From assembly GCF_006345805.1 (NCBI RefSeq), contig NC_043011.1, forward strand, positions 66,910,464 through 66,974,463: a DNA stretch of 64,000 nt. The letters are read 5' to 3'. Below the pieces are notes generated by a model that ran no database searches, had not been told where the DNA came from, and was given only the letters and a program-made list of their open reading frames with translations. Positions 51,067 to 64,000 of this stretch are shown piece by piece. The stretch's first letter is position 1. Each line of letters opens with the position of its first letter. Both the position numbers and the translations under genes were made by a program. This DNA comes from Octopus sinensis. Lineage: Eukaryota.

Positions 51067-51967
51067 TATATATATATATATATTGAGATCTATTTGAATT
51101 AGATGCTTAAGTTGGAACACCAAATTAGTGCGGTGTGATCCGGACAACTCAAACTAAGGCGAATACGATCAAATTAAGCAACAAGATATAAAGAGGTGAT
51201 GCAGTACTACGACCGTTTCAAGCTGCTCCATGTAATTAAACAATGCTATCATTACATCAATTTAAATGCAGGGCTATTCACATCTGGGTAAATAAATAAA
51301 AAATAATTTTTAATCAGATTGACATATTAGGCGCAGGAGTTGCTCTGTAATGATACTAAGTGTGCCGTAATAAAATCAAACACGCATCCAAATTTACTGT
51401 TCGAATAACAAATTTATGTTAACTTATTTTAGATTAACATAGGTTATATTGATCCCAGAAACTTGGAAATGAATCATCTGCATCACTATACTAAACAAAG
51501 CTGAAATTTGACGTTGATCTATTGCTTAAACAATTAATTCTTCGGCAAACAGTCACCACAACATGTCTCGGTACTGGTGACCTGCAAATGTTCTAGCATT
51601 CTCCATTACATCTTAGTTTAGACTCACTCTTGCCTCAAAATGTTACCCCACATTCTACATCCCACCTTAGCAGATGAATTTTACTATATTGAAAACAGTG
51701 CTAAAATTTGACAACATGAACCTACACAATTGATTTACAATCAATTTATACAAAAGCTGTGCAGCCGTTCACGTATTCATCTAACGGTGTCAACGTGTCA
51801 CTGTAGAAATAGGAAGCTATTACCATCTGTCCAATATGAAACAAAATACCCGAAGGAAATTATGAGTAGAAACCAACAAGAGCTACCGTTAGATGGCATG
51901 CAATGGTTATAAGTATCACTATATAATATATATATATATATATATAATATATATATATAATATGTGT

Positions 51968-52016
<49 letters not shown>

Positions 52017-52017
<1 letters not shown>

Positions 52018-53062
52018 ATTCTCAGCGGATACTCCAATAGGGTTTGTGTGTCAATCTGAGGACAGTGCAGAGGATTCGTAATGAAATGGATGTGTCTAAT
52101 TGGGAATACGAAGGAACGGCAGATCGGAAAACTGACTATGAACGTTCTCATAAGAAAAGAACTCCTGAATTTATTGGTAAGATCCGGGAAATGATTAATA
52201 ACGATCCCTCCATGTCAATTAGGTCCATCGGTTAGGGACATGGGATTGATTGTCTGAGTTTCTTATCAGGCAGGTAGTGTATGAAGATATTCCATATTCC
52301 TTATACAAGATTCGAAAGGGCCATAAAGGGCGAGAGGGCCATCAAGGGCGAAAGGGTCATGAAACAGAAGAAACAAAACGCGCTACGAAGCTTTGGAACA
52401 AACTCAAGTGTCCCCTCCAACAAAGCATGCTTTGGAATCTCTCCAACGAGAAAAATTTCTACCAGGACCAGATGGTGAGCATACAAAACAACCGTTGCCT
52501 TACAATGTTCCTAAAACATGAACCGATTGTGATAAAAATTAAACTTTTAGTCAATATTATGGCGTTTCGAGTGATCACTAGTGATGGTGACGTTATGCCT
52601 CCATTCATCTTCCCACGTGGTCTCCGATTCAACACGGATGCCTTCATCAAGAGCTTGAAGGTAATAGCAGAACCCAGTTATGTCTGTCGAACAATTTCTG
52701 CGATCACATCGCTCCTAAAATCTAGCCACCTAACGTTCCAGACCGCAACCCATTTGATCATCATATGTGGGGTACAGTTGAGCGAGAAACCAATAAAACT
52801 CCTTGTAACCAAAGATAAACCAAAGATAAAGGCAAAGATTATTGACCGACTTAATCAAAGAGTGTTTCCAGAAATGTTGCAGGAGTTTCCGAAGTCATCT
52901 GAAAGCTGTGACTGAAATTAATGGCGATTTCATTGAATGAATTTACTCTTTAGTATTTCAATATATTTTTTTGTAATTTTGGTAAATATATCTGTTAAAA
53001 TGAGATGTCAGTGATATTTTCGTTTTTGCGTAATTTAGGGACAATTTGATCACCACACCCTG
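52017..53062 (+). mobile_element. Second maT-like element, degenerate, right TIR present
   Basis: KRTPEFIGKIREMINNDPS, NEKNFYQDQMV, VITSDGDVMPPFIF. Ends ...tgatcaccacaccctgTA. The QDSAP region is deleted. Confidence 0.8.
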
Positions 53063-53412
53063 TATGCATGTGTGTGCGCGGGAGGTGTTATGCGTGTGTT
53101 AATAATTCTAAGTTCATTTGCGTATAAATATTTCAGTTTGCCCTATAAAGTTCATCCAATGAAAGTGTCTCTGTCTCTCTGACATGTACAATTCACTCTA
53201 ACTGAGAGATTTTTACTACAGAAAAGCTACAAATTATATCAATGATTTCTGATCAAGAGAAGCAGTTTTGAGGAACATACTTTCAAAACATTGCATAATA
53301 TATTTATATAGTCAGAAAGATCAAGTTCAAGTCAAACAATTATAAATTGTTATAATCAAAGGAAAAGCTCACATCATTTCCCCCTTTCTCGCTCCCCCTC
53401 TCTCTCTCTCTC

Positions 53413-53459
<47 letters not shown>

Positions 53460-54259
53460 CCATAGCAGGCGTTGGAGTGTATATTGATTTAGTGTCGTTT
53501 ACTTCAACAAACTTCGAATACCACCGCACTACCATAGTAGTATAAGGGCTACCTTGATAGATGGTTTAGACAAATTATATCAACTACATTATAGGACCTC
53601 AGGTCACTAATCTCTTGGTGAGTATCGCCTGCTGGCAATATTTTCCATTGATAAATATAAGTATTCAAAGTTTCTATGTTCGTACAGCTTTCCCGCGTAC
53701 GGAATTTACATTGTCTATATTTAGCAAACACTTTCCATGCTCACAAAATTATTTGTTGCATGAATTAAGAATAGTCGTTGAAAGGTAATACGCAGAAATG
53801 CATAACAATGTTTTTTCTTTCTTTTTATCTTTTTTTTTGGCATTTCAGTGCTTCAGGTTAGCAACTGGAGGAGCACCAGAGAGCAGATTGATTTGAAAAA
53901 AATACCTTTAAAAAATTCAAATTGTGTCTGTAGATTACTTTTTGAAAATAGAATGCATTTCAATAAAAACAATGCTGATCCATCAGACATTCTATGCGGG
54001 TATGTGGACGGAAATCTTTAGAAAGTATTCTGTGTATATTAATATATGTATATCACCGAACCTGGAGCTTAACTATAGTCTATTAGTCTATGCATATTTA
54101 CTCATCATTACCTGATACCTTTGGGTCTTATTGACGTTACATCTCATAAACCCCCTATATATATAGATATATATATATATACATATATATATAAAGATAT
54201 ATAGACAGAGATAGATAGATAGATAAGTATACGTGTATGTATATATATATGTTTATGAA

Positions 54260-54305
<46 letters not shown>

Positions 54306-54322
54306 ATATATATATATTGATA

Positions 54323-54353
<31 letters not shown>

Positions 54354-55298
54354 ATGTACACATATGCATATATATTCTTATATATATTCAGATAGATATG
54401 TATGTATATACATGAACATATATATTTATATGTATATATGCATATATACGTATATATATATATATTGTGTGTGTGGTGTATGTGTGTGCGCGTTGTCCCT
54501 GCGTTTGTTTTTTTTATGCGTGCGCGCTCTTATGTGTGTGTGTATTTATATATATATGTGTGTGTGTGTATTTATATATATGTGTGTGTGTGTGTGTGTG
54601 TATGTTTGTGTGTGGAAACCAGGACTAAAATCAAGTGACAGATTGGATATGTTTATTTGTTACTGCAACTGTCTCGATATTCCATGCAACAAATGAAAAA
54701 GAGTAAAGAACATTCAGATTTAATCCTCGTATGGCTACTTACCAACAGTGAGAAGCAAAAGAAATATAAAATATTTCATCTTGATTTTTCGCTTTGAATT
54801 CAACTCCTCTTCATATTGTGACAACGTACACGTATCTTTTACTTATATATAATTAAGAATTGTGTAACACCTGTTTAAACCGAACAACACGACATATAAA
54901 TTTCATATATGACATGTGGTAGTACTTGAATTGTTATTTTTATGAATAGTAGTTGGTACGTTATCAGCTGATGTATATGCTATGTCTGTTTTATTGATAC
55001 ATATTTTTGCAAATTGAAATAAACCATCCTTTTTCTTCATTTTGTGTTTAGATCCTAGCGAATGACTGAACATTTTACACTCACCGTCGCACAATGTAAA
55101 ATAATTTTACGTTTAAAAAGAACATGTGTGTATACGTACATAGTGAAATACGTCAGTATTACATACATATATATATATATAAGATAAGGGTATAGATTCG
55201 TAAGCGTACGACAGCGGTTTCAATACGTGGACAGATCACTGTGTTTTGAGTAAAACACTTCATTTCATGGCTTGAAAAGATCAAGGATGGCTCGTTTC

Positions 55299-55650
55299 TT
55301 ATAGGAACAGGCGTGGCTCTGTGCTAAGAAGTAGGCTTTCGAACCGCGTGTTTTCAGGTCTAGCATCTCTGCGAGAATGGATTTGGTAGACGGAAACTGA
55401 ATGAAACCCGTAGTATATGTATGTGGGTATGTGTGTGCGAGCATGCGTCTGTGTGTGCGCGTGTATCTTTGTGTCCCCTTTCCCGGCCACCACTTCACAA
55501 ATGGTGTTGGCGTATATAAGTTCCCATAACATAAGTACGAGTTTTAAGGAAAACAGAATAATTACTGTGGTCGATTCGGTCGACTTAAAATTCTTCTAGA
55601 CGGAACCTGCAGCACGACCGCATTCTAGTGACTGGAACAAGTAAAAGATA
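55299..55650 (+). mobile_element. Degenerate tRNA-derived SINE
   Basis: Head ataggaacaggcgtggctctgtg, internal ggatttggtagacggaaactga, tail gactggaacaagtaaaag. Confidence 0.7.
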
Positions 55651-55661
55651 AAAAGTGAAAG

Positions 55662-55692
<31 letters not shown>

Positions 55693-55785
55693 TATATATA
55701 TATATGTGTATATGGTATTGTGTGTGTGTGTGTGTATGGTGTGTGTATATATATATGTAAATATATATGTATATATATATATGTA

Positions 55786-55816
<31 letters not shown>

Positions 55817-57134
55817 GTATATAAGGTTAGCTGAGTTAGAGGTAAAATAACCGTCTAAAAGATAGAAGTATCCATTAAACTACCGGCTTATTACCTATAT
55901 TTATCCGTAGGCATACATATGCAAGCGTATTATGCTAATAAATCATAAGTAACAACAAGGATAAAAATGAGTTTATAAATTTATAAATCAAAATTTTAAG
56001 AAAACAGAAAATGGAGAAATATTGATGAACAAAAATTGAATTACATCAATTATTATTTGTTAATTCAATCCAAATAGACTGCATCCCATTTAACAGCTGT
56101 TTCTGCTTCCAACGTTCAATAGGTTTTCGACGGACATAAGGTTGAAAATAATCATAGTAATTTTAATAATTATGTTCACAGTACTAATTAATAGTATTTA
56201 TCATAATATATTGCTCATCGACTAACTGTAAATCTTTATTTAGTACTAGGTGGTTAAGTCCTTCCACCTGAAAATTGCGTTTGTGTTTGTATGTGTGTGT
56301 GTATATCTGCGTATATGTATATCTACGTACACACGTGTGTATAATGCATTTATGTATGTATATACACCGTAATATAAATATAATTTGAAAGAGCCATTTA
56401 ATTAAATAGAAATCGTAAATTTAAATTTAATAGTATTATGCGTATCAATTTTTCTCTGCTGATTTACGATCAAGTCGCTGACACGGTACAGACAGACATT
56501 TTTGAGATTTTATTAATAGTTCTTCTACAATGTATATTTTCTTTTCATTACTGTGTTCTCTCTTTTCCGCCGCACTTAGTTCTATAGATATTTGTGTGGT
56601 ATTCGTGTAGATTGATTGGCAAGTTGGACATCAATTGAAAATATTAAGCAATTTTTATTTTCCTACTTTATTTGGATAATTGTTTAAAACGTTCTACAAT
56701 ATATATTATCGTTCCACCTAGTTCTTTTATCAAAATAAAAAAAATACTCCATTAGGAAAGAAAGAACTTGTACAATGTGCGAGACAACCAGATGTCATAT
56801 AGATTTCTATTGCGCCTTAAATATTTGCATAGAATCATTTTATATCATTTATGCGTAAATTAAAATCATTGTAATACTGGAATCTTACAGCTGCAATGAT
56901 GAATATTTAACATCCAAATTTGATTTAAGATATGCCAAAATGTATGCTCTTTAGAATCAATTAAGATCAACCATTATTAATAAAAAGTCATTAATGTTTT
57001 CATTCCAAATTACTTTATATGAAATCTTAATTATTACTTTTAAAGTAACATGCATTAGGGCTTTGCATATTTGGTTTTTATAATTAACGATGTTGAAATA
57101 TTTAATCGTACCTCCCCGTTTTATTTTAAAGACT

Positions 57135-57211
57135 CTTCTTCTTCTTCTTCTTCTTCTTCTTCTTCTTTCTTCTTCTTCTTTCTTCTTTCTTTTCTTCTTC
57201 TTCTCTTCTTC

Positions 57212-57242
<31 letters not shown>

Positions 57243-57278
57243 CTTCTTCTTTCTTCTCTCCTTCTTCTTCTTTCTATC
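57135..57278. repeat. (CTT)n-derived polypyrimidine tract
   Basis: About 145 nt of almost exclusively C/T. Confidence 0.95.
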
Positions 57279-58096
57279 CCTTCCAACCTGATTTTTTTCA
57301 CTGCTGTTTGAGATTCCGGCATTCAAAAGCTACGAAGTACTTTTGGTCTCATGAATCTTCGTAGTGTTAATGGAAGGCAAACACCTGCTCATTCATTCGC
57401 AGATTGCACATCTACTCACTCTCTGACCCCCAAAAGCATCGCTACATCTGGCAGCCAGTAGTGGACATTGGCACAAGTATATATTCACACCACGCTCCGC
57501 TCCAGTGCTGAAACTACTTCGCATGTACCAGCGCACTTGGCAGATATAATATCATTGGAATCAAAGAAACATTACCTTTGAATTTCGAAGTATTAATATA
57601 AACATCGAAATTCAAAAAATAGCAGCAGAAATGTTGATCATTCAGGAGCAAAAGTCAATACCAAAGTGATCATGTCATTCGACGAACGGCTGTGTCTCAT
57701 ATCGTGGAGATTTGATAGATGAAGATATTTTACCTGTCACAGGTCGAATTGTACCGTGCACTGCTTCGCATAACGTGATGTATGTGTGCATATTATATAT
57801 ATATATGCTTTTGGCGCGAATGTTTTTTATACGGTGCCGTTTTTGCAATATAAATAATAATAATAGTATTTTTACATAAGCGTAAAGCCTATGGCGATAT
57901 TCGCGCAATGACTAAGGAAAATAGTGTAATAAAGGGGCATATAAACCCTCGACAGAAACAAAGAAGGCTTATATGACCCTTTATTAGACTATTGTCCTTA
58001 GTCATTGTACCTTAATCGCCATAAGCTTTAAGCTTATATGAAAATAATATATATATATAATATTTATATATACATATATACGTGTGTGTATACGTG

Positions 58097-58153
<57 letters not shown>

Positions 58154-58742
58154 TGCATGTATCTACGAAGACATCTATGTGTGGGCTTGTACATGGGTTT
58201 TTTTATGTCGGATGGTCAAATCAGAGAAAGTAAGCTAGTTTTCAATTGATATTTTCGTTCCCGATATCTCATCGTTCGACCATTTGTAATGAAAATAAAC
58301 CCAAATCTGTAGCTATTATAGATTATAATCCTGAACGTCAAACTGTCAGGATAATATTAAGTAAGTTCTCCTGTTTTCCTATAACACGGGATTACGTTAA
58401 TTTGTTGATTATTTTCATTGGAATGTTGATAAGATTTTCTGTCATCTAATTTTGTTAATAACCGGAAATGTATATCTTCATCATTGCTTACGATTACCAC
58501 TAGAAAAAAATATTAAACATCAAAATATGGCCAGGTTTAATTCATTTAATTTGAGTTTTTCATGTTCGCGGAGTTTTATGGAGGAAAACCCTGTAGACTT
58601 CACAAAGTCATCGACCTTTTTTACCAAATTCTGCCAGGCATTATTCAACAGAGAGCATATTTCAATGAAATCTTTCAATAAAATCTCAGTTAACAAAACT
58701 TTCCGACGAACGGGAACGTGAAACTCTGAGTAACAGCTTTTG

Positions 58743-58782
<40 letters not shown>

Positions 58783-59434
58783 CTGTATAGGGGATATAAC
58801 CTATATATGGACTGGCCCTCAAATTATTTTAGATTATATTTTCCTCTTTGTATCAATGTCATGAGTTCATGGTCTGACATAAAATACATCTAAATTTACG
58901 TCATTTAGATATTGTAAACATTTTAAATACTGTGAAATATTTTTTAAACCAGGTATGAATGGAAGGGAAAGATTCTTGCCGAAATGATTCGGCTGATAAA
59001 ATAGAACATTCTAAACATCATATCAACAAAAGGAGACCGCAATTCATCCAGCAGATTCAAAACATTATCGATTACAAACCGAGAATATAGATGTAGATTA
59101 TTTTCGAAAATCTCGCGGTATCAGAGTTAAACATCAGAAGTGTGGGGCACAAAATCTTTCTGAACTGAGCTTCTGCTAATTTATGTCGTCCAGAACACAG
59201 AAAATGGTTTGATCTGTACCAAGTGGTTACTTAACAACGCTAAAACGATCGCGAACATTGCAAGATTTGGGTTTAGGGAGAAGAAAATTTGGAAAAGACA
59301 AACGTTTTGTCCACTTATATACAATTACTTATTAAGGTGGGAAAATGATCAGAAAACCGTTTGTATTCATCTTTGCAAATATATAATAACATACCAAGTA
59401 TTTACTATTAATTACTCTACTATAAATGAATATA

Positions 59435-59466
<32 letters not shown>

Positions 59467-59594
59467 ATAATATATATATATATATATATTATATAATAAA
59501 TATAATCATATTAAATGGAAATGGAATTTAACTAAAATTTACATTTCCAGTAGTCTATTGTGTAAAATTTTTAGTGCAAAGACTATATATTACT

Positions 59595-60294
59595 TATACG
59601 ATATAGTGTATATTTAATTCCATGAGGAATCTACTTATAGGAATTCAATACGCTAGAAAGAACGCTAGGTTCTATAAACACAAAATTAGGGATAAAATTC
59701 AACAGGAACGAAATGAAAAATGAAAAACTTTTTACCGTCTAGTTTCCTGGACCAATTGGTCTCTGATTTTAGTTTGGCGAGTCAAGGAACTCGCTAGGTG
59801 CAATCTTCTTCAGCAGGACCACCTAGGGTTAAACGTATACACGCTGGGCGATGACAACTACTTGTCCCGTATGTATACGTCCTAACCTCTTCAAAATCTA
59901 CTGCGCTGCCGCAGTCCTTCGCTAGCAATAAAAAAAGGCAACTTTTAAAACCGAAAATTATGCCGGCGAAGGTCTGCGGCTGCGCAGTAGATTTTGAAGA
60001 GGTTAGGATGTATAAATACGGGACAAGTAGTTTTCATCGCTCAGTGTGTATACATTTAACCCTAGGTGGTCCTGCTGAAGAAGATTGCACCTAGCGAGTT
60101 CCTTGACTCGCTAAACTAAAATCAGAAACCAATTGGTCCAGGAAACTAGATCGTAAAATGTTTTTCATTTTTCATTTCGTTCCTGTTGAATTTTATCCCT
60201 AATTTTGTGGTTATAGAACCTAGCTGTTCTTTCTAGCGTATTGAATTCCTATAAGTAGATTCCTCATGTATTTAAATATACACTATATCGTATA
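59595..60294. mobile_element. Duplicate of the hammerhead-bearing fold-back element
   Basis: Arms 59595-59922 and 59966-60294. Confidence 0.85.
60070..60143 (+). ncRNA. Type I hammerhead ribozyme (predicted GUC cleavage after 60138)
   Basis: Same elements as 38518-38591: tcctg, CTGAAGA, GAAA, ACCAATTGGT, C, cagga. Confidence 0.8.
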
Positions 60295-61695
60295 TATCTT
60301 TATATATATATCTGTGTATGTATGTATTTATGTATGTATATATGTATGTATATAACACTCGCAAATACTTATGAAAATTCAAAAATAGTTATCATTTCGC
60401 TACTTACGGAAAAGAACAAAGAAAATAAATATGGAATATTTTATTACGTAGTTTAGCGTTGGACTCAATAACTGCTCAATCTCTGACGATATAACGCTGT
60501 AATTTCTTTTATAATAGTGATGTAACATGTGTCGGAACGGTGCAACAGCCTAATAAATTGGATTTATGGCGTTCTTTTGTAATATTTCAGACGTATTTGT
60601 TGATTTAGAGAAAATTGTCTACATCATTACGTACGTTTGATGAATTGTTTAAAAGTTTAAAGTAACTATCTTAATTTTGCCTGTAAATTTCTAAGCTTCA
60701 AAATGGTCGAGCGGCTATCAGGTATTGGAGGTTGTTGGGGTGTCAGCCTTTCAAACCTCATAGACGTCTGCTGGCAACATATTTAACTCGGGTAAGAGTA
60801 AACATACAATATTTCTCTGCTCTTTTCACAGCTATATTTCGTTGGGAATTTAATTGTCTGAAAATCACTAATACGTTCGGGGATTCCAAAGTTATCCTGA
60901 ATATCATCTGAGATAGCGGTCTAATGACTGCATGTTAGTTAAAGCAAGAGCTTTCAGTCTGTCTGCACTTACTTTACTTTCCTATTTCACACAGAGAACG
61001 GTTAAAGTGATAGAAAGTCTCCTCGGAAGCGTAGAGGCGGCGAAATGTGTAGATGCGGGGGATGTACAACTTTCACCATAAGATATATCGTGACGGATGT
61101 GTATCTGCTTTTCTCAGGAGAAATAGGTCACAAACATACTTTCCCTTGACACAAGAACATTGTACACACACACACACACACGCACACACACACACACGCA
61201 CACGCACACACACACACACACACATATATATATTATATATTATATATATATATATATGTATATATATCTTCCGGCTTCACCAGCAATGTAACTACACACG
61301 TACTATTAGCGATTTCTTTTCCTTATTTGGACTTTTCTCCTCCTTTCCGACAAAGTGCTCAGCACGAAAAGTCAACTCCTTATTTTTACCAAGTGTTAAT
61401 TATACACATTCCTTAAACCCGTTCTCTTGCTCTCCCTTAGCTGTATTCGTTTATTTGAACAGTGTTTCTTTATGTGAATTCCTGTGTTGAAGCATATATC
61501 GTTGTGTCTGGAGAGAGTCATTCAGTTTTAATGTTTTATTAACACACTCGCCGCTTCCATTTCCACTCATTTACTTCTTTATTTTCTAAAATTTTCCTTG
61601 CTTCTTGCAACCTCTTCTTGAAGTAACTGAGTGTATTAAGTACTAAGACATTAATAGAGAATGTCTCACGCCACCCGAGGCACAACAATATATAT

Positions 61696-61768
<73 letters not shown>

Positions 61769-62062
61769 AAATATTAGGGAATAAATCCAAACTTACAGGG
61801 AAAAATAAGATTGAGGATTGAATCCAATTTTATAGTAAAATATTATATTATTTTAAATTAGAGATAAAACCACTATCAGGCAAATCATACAATGACATAC
61901 TTAAGCCAATACATAAGATTATGAAACGATCGTAGTGTTATACTAATTATCTTTTTTTAATAATTTTGATATATATTTAAAATAATATTAATTAATTAAT
62001 CTTATGCTTTGGCTTAAGCTTTTCATTGTATGATTTGCCTAATAGTGGTTTTATCTCTAATG

Positions 62063-62164
<102 letters not shown>

Positions 62165-62252
62165 CAATAATAAAAACAATAATAATATGAGGGAATATTT
62201 CCAAACTTACCAGGAAAAATTCAATTTTGAAATACTAAATCAAATTTCACAA

Positions 62253-62317
<65 letters not shown>

Positions 62318-62568
62318 TTCGACAAAAAACACCTTTTATCGATTCAATAATGAAATTTTAAATTATACCATTTAGAAAAATTACATACTATAGAAAGATA
62401 AATCATAGAACAATGATTAAGTAATATGCAAAATAATAAATAAAATATATATATTTGGTATATATAACATTGTTATATGATTTATCTTATATTTAATCTT
62501 TCTATAATATGTAATTTTTCTAAATGGTATAATTCAATTTTTCATGTTTGAATTTTTATAAGTATATA

Positions 62569-62604
<36 letters not shown>

Positions 62605-64000
62605 TTGAAAATTAAGAACTTTGACATGGAAACAAATAGATGGATGCTCACAGCCATGCTTTACTCTAAAGGTTGCATGCACTCCATACTTTGTATAACG
62701 TTATGTAATATTTTGATAAAATATAGTAGGAATGAAAAACTGAAGCTGACTTCTTTTAAAATAAGTATTTAATATTTTCGGAACTAATGGTTGGAAATAC
62801 TTTCACAACAATACAAATATCTGCTGTATTTGCATAATATTTATTCATATTTGTATGAGTATTAGAGTTACAATCGCAGGAACGAATACTGATTCGATGT
62901 TCCCCTGTAAAGAGCAGAAAAATATATTTATATATATTGACGAACTTTTAATATAAACAAAAAAGAAAGCAGATTTCGTTTTTTTTTTTCTGCTAGTACT
63001 TTCATGCTTCACAATTTTAAATGGTATTAGCCAGTCAACGAACGACATCTCATTATACTTTTCTACGCTTCACTAGTTTCAATCCTTAAACTGCAGTTAT
63101 ACAAGAATACCGACGTGAAGACTTTTACTCCAACATGTCGCAGCTAATGCTCAAATTTGCGACTCGTACTTATTATGTCTTGATTCTCTCCCCTGAACCA
63201 CTTATTGACCAGGGCATAAACAATCTAACAACTGTTACAATGTTCACTCACAAGGCTTTTGTCAGTCCTAGCTTGTACTATGGGTCATTTGCGTAATTTG
63301 CCGCGTATGAGATTTCAGCCTGAACCAAAGGATTGCGAGATCAGCTTCTTATTGCGCAGGTGCTGATTGTTATGTGAATGCTTTTAAATTTAACTACAAA
63401 AATCTAGTGATTACTTTGATAGGTTATACTCTTTCTTTTATACTATTGCCAGCGTGTTATGATTATTGAAGTCCATATGTATTACTGCGATATGCTATAC
63501 TTAACGCATGTTAAACTTTCTGTAATATTATCGTAACAACACCAGTTTATAGAACTTCATTTTTAAGGAAGCATTCTCTGAACGCGATAGTGTATATTTT
63601 AGATTACAAGCAATGGTGACATGTATTACATATCTATCGCATCAACGTCACTGTAAATCGCTCTAATATTCCCCCTAGTGCATTGCAATATCATATTAAT
63701 ACGGGAGAGAGAAAGAGAGTGAGAAATCATGTAATATACGCTGTATCAGCACCTTAATGTGGCTGATGGCAAGAATAATAGCAATGAAAGTATGCTGTAA
63801 TGCTACAATAAAATTTAGCAGGTTTGGCATGGACGGTAGGCTGTTTGTTTTATCGTCAATTTAGTTTAATTGTAGTCTTATTCCAAAGGCTTCACATACT
63901 ACCACAATTGCGGTTATTAGAGAAAAAATTCGCCGGTGTAACTATGAAACATATCTCTCAAATTTACATAATCGTAATAATATATGGATGTGTCAGCATC

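Noticed and set aside
57300-57580. GC-richer island with FGLMNLRSVN, faintly like an APE N-terminus or a host exon
   Set aside because: No further motifs, and no convincing splice-bounded open frame on either strand.

Overview
AT-rich eukaryotic DNA, most likely an octopus (coleoid cephalopod), inferred from tRNA-derived SINEs I recall from octopus genomes and very abundant (TA)n/(TG)n tracts. No prokaryotic genes, CRISPR arrays or rRNA/tRNA genes were seen, and no clearly intact host gene. The window is a transposon graveyard: mariner, Tc1 (IR-DR, DD34E), maT (DD37D), Chapaev3-like and hAT-like DNA transposon relics, Gypsy fragments, a probably full-length CR1-like LINE, an RTE LINE nested in a maT TIR, several Penelope-like elements (PLEs) and SINEs. 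From ~16.8 kb to the end it is a mosaic of three partly overlapping segmental duplicates (A ~16.8-22.7 kb, B ~31.8-46 kb, C 58.4-64 kb). Highlights: (1) three unrelated minimal type I hammerhead ribozyme motifs with palindromic stem III, two of them in long fold-back elements that place a ribozyme motif on both strands, one with a G3-C8 compensatory core; (2) a LINE ORF1 combining an N-terminal Myb/SANT-like domain, hidden by one stop codon, with four tandem CCCH-like fingers; (3) a duplicated multi-exon pseudogene for a small Cys-rich secreted, possibly GPI-anchored protein; (4) a rearranged PLE flanked by a ~590 bp direct duplication. All family assignments come from motif recognition by eye; identities and boundaries are by-eye estimates, not database searches.
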